In this document: in pieces, positions 13,327 to 27,950 of the stretch
Layout: every line of letters starts with the position of its first letter
Position numbering within the stretch: the first letter of the stretch is position 1
From: Chrysomallon squamiferum
Taxonomy: Eukaryota; Animalia; Mollusca
Length of the DNA stretch: 64,000 nt
Assembly (NCBI GenBank): GCA_012295275.1
Contig: CM022671.1
Coordinates: 15,748,001 to 15,812,000, forward strand
Direction of reading: 5' to 3'
Made by a program: the position numbers and the translations under genes
Notes under the pieces: model-generated
What the model was told of the DNA's origin: nothing
The model's input: the letters and a program-made list of their open reading frames with translations, nothing else
The model's database searches: none

Positions 13327-13906
13327 AGAAGTTTTAAAACAGAGTAATTCGTTTGTAAAATAATTTCTCTATTTGCTACGTATGACGTAACTGCACGTGT
13401 TAGATGTGTTAGAATGATTTGCTAATTGTAATGAGTCTGTTTCTAACAGTATCTTCTAATCTTTTGTCTACTACAACCAGACGCAACCAGTCGTTTCAGA
13501 ACTGTGTAGGCTTTTAGCACAATTTGTAATCACTGAAAGATGTTAGGTATCTAATATAAACTCTTTTCGTGGTTTCTTGTCAACCGAAGTCAGTTGTTGT
13601 TTGCGTGTTTTATGGTCTAAAAAAGTGTCTATTTTTACTACGAATGTATTTAATGAATGAACGAATGCATTACAGAATGAATGTAGGTATTAATGACTAA
13701 TGAACTAATACTGAAAAAATAATAATAATGTGATATAGTGAATGTCGTTGTGAGTAAAAAAAAGAAAAGATTCAGAATAATTTACATACAAATTTAATTT
13801 ACATTTTTATTTATATTTAATAATAATAATATAACTTATAAAATAATAATACTATTTGAATGATAGAAATTAGAATGTACCGAATCGATACGAAACTATA
13901 ACACAG

Positions 13907-13941
<35 letters not shown>

Positions 13942-16134
13942 TACATACACATACAGAAAGAAGTGCTCTATACATACAGATATACAAAGACAAGTCATTC
14001 ACCACACCACACACACACAAACACAGATATACAAAAAAAAGAGAGACACAGACATGGATAAGCCCACATAGACAACCCATAGACACACACACACACACTA
14101 ACACATACACACACACACACACACACAGAGACCCACACACACGCAGATACACATACAGACACACACAAACATACACACACACATACCATAGATAGACCGA
14201 GACGACTAAAACGCGCAGAATTTCGGATCTTACAAAAGCGATTTCATCGTGAAGGCAAGTTATTAAAAATATTATTTCCTGTCATTTGGGTGACGCTTAT
14301 TAAATATTCCTTGCTTTCCACTCGATAAGACTCTCTCACAGAATGGTGACAGTGGATTTCTTTCATAATTATTATATAAGAACAAAAAAATTGAGTGATA
14401 CCAATTCAATCGTTACTATTAAAATGTGTGTTGATTCATGAAAAAGTCATTCAGTCACAAAAATGGGTATTATTACTTCATCGTTGTGGCAGTATAAATT
14501 TCAGTATAAAATGAGATTCATTATGAAGAGGGGGAAAAAAATATCTATCATTTCCTCCCTCGGTGTACCTCTTTACATATACTGTTAAAAGTGAGAACTG
14601 TATGAGCAATTTCTGTTATCTATTCTTTATCATTATCATCATCATCATTTTCGTCTTCTTCTTCTTCTTCTTCTTCTTCTTATTATTATTATTATTATTA
14701 TTATTATAACTGCTACTTTTGTTTCTAACTTTACTATATATGTCTGTGTGTGTACTATTACTACTTTTATTACGAAAAACAATACAACAATACTGCTGTT
14801 ACTACTACCATTGTTGTTACAACTGCCATTACTGTTTATTATTGTTGTTGTCTACATTGCTGGTGCTGATGTTACTATTAATATTATTGTTGTTCTGTTG
14901 CTGCTTCTGCTATATTACTACTACTACTACAACTACTACTACTACTATTACTACTACTACTACTACTTTTATTAATGCTAATACTATTCTTACTACTGTT
15001 CCTCGATTAATGTTAATAGTATTGTTGTTACTACTACTACTACTAGTGTTATTATTATTATTATTGTTCTTGTTCTTGTTGTTAAATGCTGCTTGGTTTA
15101 TTTATATTTAATAAACGAACATTATCGAGATTCACTGTTAAATAATCGCAGCGTAACAAGCTTTAAAAGCCAGTCTACGCGTTGTTTTCTTAACTTTTCC
15201 TACACATCAACTTGCGATCGTCAAATCCTTCAGGAATTCCTCCCACAGAATTGAATCAACAAGAAGCCAGATGACTGAGTAACTTTGTCTGACCCGCCCT
15301 TCCATAATCGGAGAATAATTGGATAATGTCACACAATTAGATGTGCCTTTCCAGCGTTGTTAACTGAACGTTTTCACTCACATTACTGTCATACGTATTA
15401 ATGTTCTGCTACTGAAAAAAAAAAAAAAAAAGGTTGAGTTTGTGGTTAGTGCACGGAATTAAGAATACACGCTTTAATATTTAAAAAAATACTACCACGG
15501 TGTTAATTTGGATGAATTTAATAAAAAAAAAATTAAAAAAATAAAAATAAAAATTTAATTTTGTTTTTCCAAAAATAAAGAAAGGAAAAAAAAAAGAACA
15601 AGATTTATGCACTGAATAAATCTGTTGCACTGCTGTGAACTGATTCACATGGGAAGCTGGGATTGTCTGTGATTTTAATAAATAAAATTATGTTTGAAAA
15701 AAGAAGAAGAAGAAATTAGCATTATTAATATTCGCAACAGTGGTCTATTTGGTTTTGCTGATAGGTTTTGTTTTTTGTTTTGTTATTTATTTTATTATTT
15801 ATCTTTTATTTATATGCTTTTTAATAACAGATAAATATCTAAAATAATAATAACAATAATAATTAATAAATAAATAAATAGATAAAAGAATTAGGTGAAG
15901 CTGTAGTATAAGATAGGACTAGCCTGTGAGTTTCAATACAATTTGAAACATAGTTTTTCATCCAGTACATAATATTAATTTCAAATTAGGTCCAATTACT
16001 GAGCAGCAAACAAACATTTGCTTCCACAACTAGCACTATTATTACTGCTGCTACTGCTACAACTACTACTATTACTAATGCTGCTACTGCAACTATTGCT
16101 ACTACTATTATTACTACCTCTAGTCTACCAGTAC

Positions 16135-16380
16135 GACTACATCTATTGCTGAATCATGTATGATTATGATTAATAGAGTCATTACTACTTGTTCATCTAA
16201 CAGTATCATTATCATAGCAACTACTACTATTACTACTGCTATTGCCACTACTGCTACTACAACTACTACTACTGCTGCTATTATTACCTCTAATACTACA
16301 ACTACTACAACATCTATTACTGATACAACCACGACTATGATTAATATTGTCATTAGTACTTGTTCATCTAACAGCAATTA
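16135..16380. repeat. Two-copy duplication (offset 171 bp) within an ACT-rich low-complexity tract
   Basis: CATCTATT..TATGATTAATA..GTCATTA.TACTTGTTCATCTAACAG at 16140 and 16311. Confidence 0.75.
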
Positions 16381-17421
16381 CTACTATTATTGATACTACC
16401 GTTAGTACTACTACTACTACTACTACTACTACTCAACTAATAAAAATAAAATGAAAATAAATTTCTGTTTTATACGATTTATTTTCATTCCAGTCTTTCT
16501 GATAGATTTATATACTAATCGATTTGTATAATAATCGATTACAAAGCAGCAGTCACTTGAAGGTAGCATTTTCCACAGCACAACTGATGTGTGCATTTTA
16601 ATAAACGGTGATAAAGAGTGATCACTATTGATTGTACTTTATGCGTTACACAGTAATGGTCGTGGAATGAAATATAAGTCCGGTATACCAACTCGTGTCT
16701 TATTGACATAACAATTCACTAATCTAATAAGCCAGGGGCAAGCTGTGTTTTCAAAGTCTGTACACACAGAAGAGGGTGTTTGGACGTCGGATGGACAGAG
16801 CCAATAACGCGAATCGACACAAAAATTGCGTCTCGTCCCAAGTTTGCAATTCGTATCTCGCCGGCGTTTACAGAATTAATCGGAAAGTAGCACCCTCAGT
16901 CGTAAATACGGGACGACTCGAACCTTACCCTCTCGATCATTACTTAACCTTTTGTGCCACGCTTTGAAAAACTGCCGTTTGATTGAAAAAACGTGAGACC
17001 GCAGTGAGTGATGGGAAGCAATCTAGACAAAGTGTATTTCGTCGAAAGAATTTCAGAAGAAAGCCGCATCACAGTAATAACATAAGTGATGTGCTGCTGC
17101 TGGTCTGCTTGTTTAATCTTCAAAACGCGGACGACTATTTACGACCAGATGGTGATATTTTATGGACAGTCTTGTTTAATGACATTACTTACCCCGCGGC
17201 TGAGAGGTGACCAATACATGTTCTTTGTTTTACGATCTCGGAGGGGAAATTCGATGCTGCCAAATTAAAGGCCACTAAAATCGATTAACAAGAGGCTGAG
17301 AAGACGTTTCTTCCAAGAAACTCGCTGATTACTGTGATCAGTGTGTAACAGTGTTGTGTAGAAAAATCTTTCTTCATTTTATAATGTTGTATATTAGTTT
17401 ATAATTAGCGAATTTTTTTCC

Positions 17422-17452
<31 letters not shown>

Positions 17453-17567
17453 GTTTTAACCTATATAATCTATCTCTCGCACACATGCATTCACATAAAT
17501 ACACAATCAAAATATTTTTGTTTTATATATATAATTATAAATATGAGTGTGTGTGTGTCTGTGTGTG

Positions 17568-17570
<3 letters not shown>

Positions 17571-17660
<90 letters not shown>
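17571..17660. repeat. (AG)n microsatellite
   Basis: Direct reading. Confidence 0.95.
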
Positions 17661-17663
<3 letters not shown>

Positions 17664-18160
17664 AGTCACAAAGAACATGATCGATTATGATGACGGAGAA
17701 AGCCAAACAATTGTTGTTTCCCCCTTTAACAATTATTTTGATTATCATCATCTGTGTTCGTCGTCGTTGTTGCTGCTCTTGTTGTTGCCGATGCCGCTGC
17801 TGTAAAAATCAAATAAGATTTATGTCCTTAACTGAAGGACGTGTAGAACAGGTCAAAAGAATGTCAACTCTAAGAAATTAAGTTATCTGAGGCGAATGCG
17901 ATCTCTGTGATAAGCCATATTGGAGAATTCTATTTCATAGTCTTAATTAGCCGACGTACATGTTTTCTTTTTTTACACTCTTTTATTTCGGTTCCTGGCA
18001 TTTGCTTAATGCCGCATAATTCCTTCGTTGAACACACACTGCTCTGAGACAAAGAGTTTGAAAAGTGAATAACCTACCATTTTTCCTAGACCAATCTTTT
18101 TCCTTTTGCATTAGCGCGTTCCAGTGTCACCACATCCACAAAACAAGACGAAAATTAACA

Positions 18161-18518
18161 TACGTCCAGTTCTTTGAAATTTATGTTTAAAGAATGTTTT
18201 TTCTCTTACGTCTATTTGTTTGAAATTTACGTTAAAACAACGCTTTTTCTCTTACGTCCAGTTGTTTGAAATTTACGTTCAAAGAATGCTTTTTTTACTT
18301 ACATTCAATTATCTGAAATGTACGTTTAAAGAATGCTTTTTCGCTTAGATACCATTATTAGAAATTTACTTTACGAATGCTTTCCAGTTGTTTGAAATGT
18401 ACATTTAAAGAACGTTTTTTCTTTTACTTCCAGTTGTTAGAAATTTACGTTCAGATAATGCTTTTCTCTGGCGTCCAGTTATTTGAAATTTACGTTTAAG
18501 ACATGCATTTTCTTTATC
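18161..18518. repeat. Minisatellite, about 46-bp unit, about 8 degenerate copies
   Basis: TACGTCCAGTTGTTTGAAATTTACGTT.AAAGAATGCTTTTT starting at 18161, 18207, 18253, 18300 and onward. Confidence 0.88.
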
Positions 18519-19304
18519 CGGCGACATTTAAGGCAAACAATAAAGGCGTACAATGCGAGGTGGAATTTGAAGAATAAGCAACACGACATTAGTCATTTGA
18601 TGTTAAATTACTGCTGGTGGTATGGAATATAAATTGGAAAGGTGGGAGGAGTGAAGCATACTAATAAAATTGCTGTGGGGACTGAACTAGAATAAAAGAG
18701 TTTTCACAAGCTGAAACTGTCTTCATGACTTATCATCACTGTGACCCAGAGAATTACTATAAATCTTTTGCTGTCCCCTTTTTCTATGTCATTCTGTCTG
18801 TCTTTCTTTCTCTATTTATTTGTTTGTTTGTTTGGTTAGAGTTGATTGGTTTTTTGTTTGTCTGTTTGTACGTTCGTTCCTTTCTTTGCTTATTTTTATT
18901 TGTTTTCTTTTTTCAGTTCTTATTAAATACGCTTATTATTATTACAGAAAGTAATAGAAGTAATAATAGTAGTAGTAGTTGTTGTAGTAGTAATGGTAAC
19001 AGAGCAGTAGTTGAAGTAGCAACATCAACAACAGTAATAATATTAATAGCAGCAGTAATAGCAGTAGTAGTAGCAGCAGCAGTAGTAGTTGTAACTGAAG
19101 CAACAATAGCAGACATATAAGTGTTATAGTAACAGAAATAGCAGCTGTAGTAATAACAAACGCAGCTGTTAAAAACAGTAACAATAATAACAACAACAAT
19201 AACAGTCAAAATAAATAATAATAATAATAATAACTTATGATTGCCTAGATATATAACAGAATTAATGAATGTCGTTATATTTTCTTTTATTATTTTTTAT
19301 TTTA

Positions 19305-19307
<3 letters not shown>

Positions 19308-19381
<74 letters not shown>
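19308..19381. repeat. (ATT)n microsatellite
   Basis: Direct reading. Confidence 0.95.
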
Positions 19382-20333
19382 TTATGAATTTAATAATTCG
19401 CAACAATACATCTTAAAGAAAGGGTAATTTATATTTCTTTTTTATTTATTTCTTTTATTATTTTTTGTTTCTTTTTTTGTTATTGTCTTTATTTGGCATT
19501 TTATTTTATTTTATTTTTTTCAGATTTTTCATTTACTAGACTTTACCGTGTTCATATATAATAACATTTTTTTCTTTTCTTGTAAATCTAAATAATCTAT
19601 AACTATACCATGAAAAATACCAGCAAAATGTACGTAGATTGCGCAATTAATCAGAGGCATTAAAAAACCAAAAAAACCCAAACAACATATATGTGGAACC
19701 CAACTCGACCTTTGCTTCACTTACTTCGAACTACGTGAACCGATTTTTGAATCAACGAAAGAAAACAAATGAAAAGATAAGGAAAAACTCGGCAGTCATA
19801 ATTGAATATCGACGGAAAAAATACTTTTTCGATGGAGTTTGTGATATGAAGTGCAATCATGAATGACTTCAAAGATGAAGCCAGCCATTTCGTTCTGGTG
19901 CAAAATAATTGACTTTGCTTCGTGACTGTATCTGTAAGACACGTCCGTTTTGTAACAGTTATCGTCCGATTCGCGTTTGTCTCACGAGAAAATGGCGACG
20001 TTTTCGTTCAGAGATAGGCTGAAACAATTTGCCGCCGTTAAGTGAATATTAAAACGTCGTTTTCAAATGTTAGTTAATGAAACAAGCACTGAGAGCCAAC
20101 AATATTCATTTTTTTTTACTTGATTAAATAAGTACCAGTGTAATCGTCATCATTATCATCATCATTGTCGTCATCATCATCATTGTCGCCATCATCATTA
20201 TTGTTGTTGTTGTTATAGATAATAATGATGATGATGATGATAAACATGAAATGTTTATGTGCCTCATCTTTTTATTTTTGTGTTTTATTTCTTCTTTTTG
20301 TTATTATATATATATACACACACACATACACTT

Positions 20334-20366
<33 letters not shown>

Positions 20367-21048
20367 AATACAAAATCCATAAAACAACAAACAAGAAATA
20401 AAAAATAATTTAAAAACAAACAAAACAATAACAAAAAAAATGAAAAAATTCCCCAAAATCCAATAAATAAATAGATAAATAAATAAAAAAAATAAATAAA
20501 TAATTAAGAAAAAAAAAAAAAATTATTATATATAGAGAGAGAACTTGATCTGCCCGAACGACTATTCCGCTCATCGCATAAATAAATATATATATATGTG
20601 CGTTAGTGTTTACGACGTGTTCCATATTAAATATCTAGATACGTTACAGATCGACGTATCTCACCAGTTAGTGCTTAGCCGAGAACGTGTCTACCGCTTC
20701 GTGACGTCACGCGCTGTTGATTGTTATTACGTAACAAAAGTGACACACTGGCTCGTACGTGGTTTCATTTGACACATTTCTGTCACACGTATTTTGTCAT
20801 CCGTGTTGTTCTAATCAAAACCTAACACAGTCGTGGCGCTGTTCAGTTGTGAGATAAAAATCAGTAAGTTTACGTACTACTTGTTAGTTTTCAGCCATTG
20901 CAGACATATTCGTATTTTAAAAATATATTTTACAGTTTTCTCAACGAAATGAAGTTTGTTCTTCACATATTTTGTGAAAAAAAGAGAAAAATGTTCTATG
21001 TTGCTGTTGTATTTTTATAAAAAAAATTTATATAGATTGTTATTATTA

Positions 21049-21110
<62 letters not shown>

Positions 21111-21388
21111 GATGCTGGTGTTATTGACGTTGATGATGATGGTGGTGGTTGTGGTGGTAGTGATGGTTGTAGTGGTTGATCAAAAACTTTGTTTAAATGC
21201 GAATTTTCAATATTTCTAAGAAACCGATTTTTTTTCAGTTCAGTCTCAAGACTTTTTCGTCTTTTTGCTTCATCACTTTACGGTAATTTTCACATGTCAG
21301 AATATTCATAAATACTGTCATCTTTTTTATTTACCCGTATTCATATCAACATTCTCACATTATTACAAAATATTTCGAGTCAAAAGCA

Positions 21389-21428
<40 letters not shown>

Positions 21429-22119
21429 TGAAAAAAAAAGAATTTAAGAGAAAAATCTTGGAATGTGTCAGAAGAAAAAAATATATATTCAAGTACGGTT
21501 TAGGGTCAATCATTCAGTCGTGTTTGAAATAAATCTGAAGTCGAATCTTTAAAAAAAAAAAAAAAACGACAGAGAAATCCTGTTGAATCCGTTCAGACAC
21601 TGTTTATTCTTTGCGAATGGGAAATGTGGAAATGTACACAGGAGAAGCGTCTCAGCAGAATCCTTGCTGCTTCTGTGTTCAGTCTTAGAAAGAAAGAGAA
21701 AAAAAAAAAAAACGTCGACGTCTAAAAAGAAATTTCAGTGGAAGTACGACGGCATCCATGTCGCAACAACAATGGCGCTGCTTGTCAGTCGATTCCTCGC
21801 TCGCCCAGATGCGATCTACTTCTCAACTTATTTCCGGCCTTGTATGGGGTTCAAGGGACAGACTCTGATGTCGTTATCGGCAGAGGATTGCCTTGATGGC
21901 AGTCAAATGCGAAACTAGGATAAGAAACCATCAGGAACAACTTAGTGGTTACTTTTTAGATTGAATATCTCATCGCTGTAAATCTTCTAGATTGTCCACG
22001 TTTCCGTTTTAACCCAGTGGATGAGTTTCCGTCTTGAACGCATCAGCGGTTGTAATGAATGACATCTCCACTCGTTTCAGTGACCGCTTCCAGTTTTATT
22101 TAGGCTTCATCAGACGATT

Positions 22120-22121
<2 letters not shown>

Positions 22122-22193
<72 letters not shown>
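22122..22193. repeat. (CT)n microsatellite
   Basis: Direct reading. Confidence 0.95.
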
Positions 22194-22201
<8 letters not shown>

Positions 22202-23755
22202 TACATACATACAAAAACATAATTCAAACAAAATAAATAAATAAATATATATATATATAAACAACATATATACAAATACAAAGAAACAAACACAAACAAT
22301 CACATATATAATACATACATAGGTAGACGTACATACACCTTCATACATAGGCATACTCATATATATAAACAGACACAAAGGGATACGTACGTATGCATGT
22401 GTGTTTATGAACGCACACAGACAAACACATAACAAATATAAATTTAAATCATGATGATTTTGGTAACTTTTTAAATATTTAATTGCTTTTCTCTCTAAAA
22501 CCCTGTTATCTTTCATTTTTTTCTGCGACGAATATATGTGTTTTAAATTTCTGTTTTCATTGTTTTTGTTATTGGCACATAAAGTCTGTCTAATCAGAGA
22601 TTTCGAAGAATGATGTAAGTGACGTAATTCCAATTCAAATAAAAATATAAAAACGAAAACAAAGATAATATAATAATATTTCAAAGTCATCGGTTTCAGA
22701 AACAGAAGGAATATGTCATGCGACAGATTTACAAATCTGATCCGAACACACTAACTAAGTTACACAAAAACATCATCAGAGAATAACAATAATAACAATT
22801 ATGTTAAAGAAAACTAATTTTCCACTTGTCCAGCTAATATCCGCGGCGTCAGAAGAATCTGTTATTTCTTTTGTCATGCAGAGAGGATTTTACTTCACAC
22901 AGGCACGTTGTTTTCTTTACAGATAAACACACATGATTTCCTATCTTCAAAACGTGTTGAAGCGAAAACAAAAATTACAGTTACATCATAACAGTCAATA
23001 TTTAGAAAAATCTAAGGAAACAGTTGTTAACTTTTGACTTGAAAATGGTATTTGAAAAATTACGTTTCAGCAGTATCTTTAACAAAAAAAAAAAAAAAAA
23101 AGGAAAAAAAGAAAGAAAAAAAAAAATGGTTTTAGGATCAGAATATTATTTGGAAAATATTTGTTTTACTGATTTGTTGATTATTTAAATTTAACGATGA
23201 GCAGTCAGCTTGCCATACAAGTTCTGAAATTTTCTTGTAAATTGTTATTTGACAAGATCCAACGAATTCGTCATGTTGAACTTAAAACTTCAGACAGTTT
23301 CTGTCGGTTGATCTGAGCAAAGCATTAATATGCATTTTACACCAAAAACTGCTTCCTGTCTAGCCAACAACAGTTAATATATAAATGTTGCATAAATAAA
23401 GTAATTCTACTGACCTCGATTTTTTTTTAACCACAAAGATTTACACAGTGGAGAAAAATCTGATATTAATATGATCACTGAAATATTTTAGTGAATGGTA
23501 ACCTAATGGATTAATCAATGTGTTATGAACGTAACGGGTTTTTTTTTTTTTAGATGTGTTAAACCAACTCTTTTACTATTTTGTTTCATGAATTGCTTTC
23601 TGGAAGAAATATCTATCGACCAGGAGAGAGTTATACAGAAAAAGTAAAAAAAAAAAAAAAATGAATTAAAGAAAGTAAAACATATTCCATAATGAGCTGA
23701 ATGAAGAAAACGTCTCCATCCACTTGCTCTGTCTTCACCTAGTTTGAGCCATCAG

Positions 23756-23792
<37 letters not shown>

Positions 23793-24676
23793 CTATTGTT
23801 AATACTGTTATAACTATCTATTGCTATTACTACGTCTGCACTATGATTATCACCGTAGTTACTACTAATACAACTGAAATAACAGCAGGGACAGATATGG
23901 ACTAATACATTGTTACAAATACCATGAAGTCTAATAAAAGAATATTAAATGGTTAATACTACTTTTATAATTTTTATTTATTAAACTGTTACCACGCATA
24001 ATCAAAGTATGAAAATATCACTCATTAATTATATATGGAAAGATAAAAAAAAATCTATTCAGTTAATGTTTAATATCGTAAATTATAAATTCTGAAGGCA
24101 TCTTTTTTTCGGTTTCTTGATGTCACTTTGCTAACTGCCAGTAATAAATTTATGAGATCTAGAATGGAGCATTCAGGAAGAAACGGTCCCCAGAGAACCT
24201 GATGCGTCCATCTTGAATGTATGCGAACTTGGTGTGGATATTCAATGTGACTCCCCTAACCAGAAGACTATACAAAAAATTCGTTTCCAATTTGTTCTAG
24301 ATTAATGATAATTTTACTGGACTAAACATACGTTACGTGTAATATAGACATTTATATTACAAATATATATATATATATATAATAATAATTATAAAACAAA
24401 AAATAATAATGAAAAACATATTCATATTACTTGTTACATAGAAACATATTTTAAAAAGAATCTGGCGTTATGTGTTACATAATACAGTTATTTATATATT
24501 TCTGGGTAGAAATGACGTTACATGATATAGAGAAATATATTTGTAAAAGTGAAGTTATGGGTTATATAGAAATATTTAAAAATTATATTAATAAACTGGC
24601 ATTTCGTGTTATATAGAAATTGTAAAAAAGAAAGAAACAACTTTATTTGTCATAGGGAAATTTAAAAAAGATCTGT

Positions 24677-27600
24677 AGAAATGTAGCTGTAAAATTGACT
24701 TTACGTGTTACATAGAAATGTAGCTGTAAAACTGACTTTACGTGTTACATATAAATATAGTTGTAAAACTGACTTTATGTATTACATAGAAATGTAGCTG
24801 TAAAACTGACTTTATGTATTACATAGAAATGTAGCTGTAAAACTGACTTTACGTGTCTCATAGATGGAGCTGTAAAACTGACTTTACGTGTTACATAGAA
24901 ATGTAGCTGCAAAACTGACTTTACGTGTCACACAGAAATATAGCTGCAAAACTGACTTTACTTGTTAATAGAAATGCAGTGTAAAACTGACTTTACGTGT
25001 CTCATAGAAATATAGCTGTAAAACTGACTTTACGTGTTACATAGAAATGTAGCTGCAAAACTGACTTTACGTGTCACACAGAAATATAGCTGCAAAACTG
25101 ACTTTACTTGTTAATAGAAATGCAGTGTAAAACTGACTTTACGTGTCTCATAGAAATATAGCTGTAAAAGTGACTTTACGTGTCTCGTAGAAATGTAGCT
25201 GTAAAACTGACTTTACTTGTTAATAGAAATGCAGTGTAAAACTGACTTTACGTGTCTCATAGAAATATAGCTGTAAAAGTGACTTTATGTGTCTCATAGA
25301 AATGTAGCTGTAAAACTGACTACGTGTTACACAGAAATGCAGTTGTAAAATTGACTTTACGTGTCACATAGAAATGTAGCTGTAAAACTGACTTTACATG
25401 TCACATAGAAATGCAGTGTAAAACTGACTTTACGAGTCACATAGAAATGCAGTGTAAAACTGACTTTACATGTCACATAGATATGCAGTGTAAAACTGAC
25501 TTTACGAGTCACATAGAAATGCAGTGTAAAACTGACTTTACATGTCACATAGATATGCAGTGTAAAACTGACTTTACATGTCACATAGATATGCAGTGTA
25601 AAACTGACTGTACGTGTCACATAGAAATGTAGCTGTAAAACTGACTGTACGTGTCACATAGAAATGTAGCTGTAAAACTGACTTTACGTGTCACATAGAA
25701 ATGTAGCTGTAAAACTGACTACGCGTTTCATAGAAATGCAGTGTAAAACTGACTACGTGTCTCATAGAAATATAGTTGTAAAAGTGACTTCACGTGTTTC
25801 ATAGAAATATAGTTGTAAAAGTGACTTTATAGTTACATAGAAATGCAGTTGTAAAATTGACTTTACGTGTCACATAGAAATGTAGCTGTAAAACTGACTT
25901 TACGTGTCTCATAGAAATGTAGCTGTAAAACTGACTTTACGTGTCACAGAAATGCAGCTGTAAAACTGACTACGTGTTAAATAGAAATGTAAAACTGACT
26001 TTACGTGTCTTATAGAAATGCAGCTGTAAAACTGATACGTGTTACATAGAAATGCAGCTGTAAAACTGACTTTACGTGTCTTATAGAAATGCAGCTGTAA
26101 AACTGACTACGTGTCACATAGAAATGCAGCTGTAAAACTGACTTTACGTGTCTTATAGAAATGCAGCTGTAAAACTGACTTTATATGTCTCATATAGCTG
26201 TAAAAGTCTTACTAGAAATATAGCTGTAAAACTGACTTTACGTGTCACATAGAAATGCAGCTGTAAAACTGACTACGTGTTACACAGAAATGCAGTTGTA
26301 AAATTGACTTTACGTGTCACATAGAAATGTAGCTGTAAAACTGACTTTACATGTCACATAGAAATGCAGTGTAAAACTGACTTTACGAGTCACATAGAAA
26401 TGCAGTGTAAAACTGACTTTACATGTCACATAGATATGCAGTGTAAAACTGACTTTACGAGTCACATAGAAATGCAGTGTAAAACTGACTTTACATGTCA
26501 CATAGATATGCAGTGTAAAACTGACTTTACATGTCACATAGATATGCAGTGTAAAACTGACTGTACGTGTCACATAGAAATGTAGCTGTAAAACTGACTG
26601 TACGTGTCACATAGAAATGTAGCTGTAAAACTGACTGTACGTGTCACATAGAAATGTAGCTGTAAAACTGACTTTACGTGTCACATAGAAATGTAGCTGT
26701 AAAACTGACTACGCGTTTCATAGAAATGCAGTGTAAAACTGACTACGTGTCTCATAGAAATATAGTTGTAAAAGTGACTTCACGTGTTTCATAGAAATAT
26801 AGTTGTAAAAGTGACTTTATAGTTACATAGAAATGCAGTTGTAAAATTGACTTTACGTGTCACATAGAAATGTAGCTGTAAAACTGACTTTACGTGTCTC
26901 ATAGAAATGTAGCTGTAAAACTGACTTTACGTGTCACACAGAAATGCAGCTGTAAAACTGACTTTACGTGTCTTATAGAAATGCAGCTGTAAAACTGATA
27001 CGTGTTACATAGAAATGCAGCTGTAAAACTGACTACGTGTCTTATAGAAATGCAGCTGTAAAACTGACTACGTGTCACATAGAAATGTAGCTGTAAAACT
27101 GACTGTACGTGTCACATAGAAATGTAGCTGTAAAACTGACTTTACGTGTCACATAGAAATGTAGCTGTAAAACTGACTACGCGTTTCATAGAAATGCAGT
27201 GTAAAACTGACTACGTGTCTCATAGAAATATAGTTGTAAAAGTGACTTCACGTGTTTCATAGAAATATACTTGTAAAAGTGACTTTATAGTTACATAGAA
27301 ATGCAGTTGTAAAATTGACTTTACGTGTCACATAGAAATGTAGCTGTAAAACTGACTTTACGTGTCTCATAGAAATGTAGCTGTAAAACTAACTTTACGT
27401 GTCACACAGAAATGCAGCTGTAAAACTGACTTTACGTGTCTTATAGAAATGCAGCTGTAAAACTGATACGTGTTACATAGAAATGCAGCTGTAAAACTGA
27501 CTACGTGTCTTATAGAAATGCAGCTGTAAAACTGACTACGTGTCACATAGAAATGCAGCTGTAAAACTGACTTTACGTGTCACATAGAAATGCAGCTGTA

Positions 27601-27950
27601 AAACTGACTTTACGTGTCACATAGAAATGCAGCTGTAAAACTGACTACGTGTCACATAGATATGCAGTGTAAAACTGACTTTACGTGTCACATAGAAATG
27701 CAGTGTAAAACTGACTTTACGTGTTACATAGAAATGCAGTGTAAAACTGATTTTACGTGTCACATAGAAATATAGCTGTAAAACTGACTTTACGTGTTAC
27801 GTAGAAATATAGCTGTAAATCTGACTTTACGTGTTACATAGAAATTCAGTGTAAAACTGACTACGTGTTACATAGAAATGCAGTGTAAAACTGACTACGT
27901 GTCACGTAGAAATGTAGCTGTAAAACTGACGCTATGAGGTACAGAGAAAT
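24677..27950. repeat. Satellite array, 35-37-bp unit, about 90 copies, with higher-order duplications
   Basis: Unit GAAATGTAGCTGTAAAACTGACTTTACGTGTCACATA with 36- and 35-bp variants. Identical blocks lie 953 bp apart. Degenerate copies extend left to about 24330. Confidence 0.98.

Noticed and set aside
13817-22690. Many ORFs with poly-L, poly-T, ER, CV or HT runs that look like membrane or mucin proteins
   Set aside because: Translations of microsatellites with no splice or domain support; the same applies to similar ORFs across the window.
24677-27950. CRISPR-like array of about 36-bp repeats, and repetitive ORFs (MQCKTDFTSHIE)n
   Set aside because: Units are head-to-tail with no unique spacers and there are no cas genes. 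The ORFs arise only where 36-bp variants keep frame.
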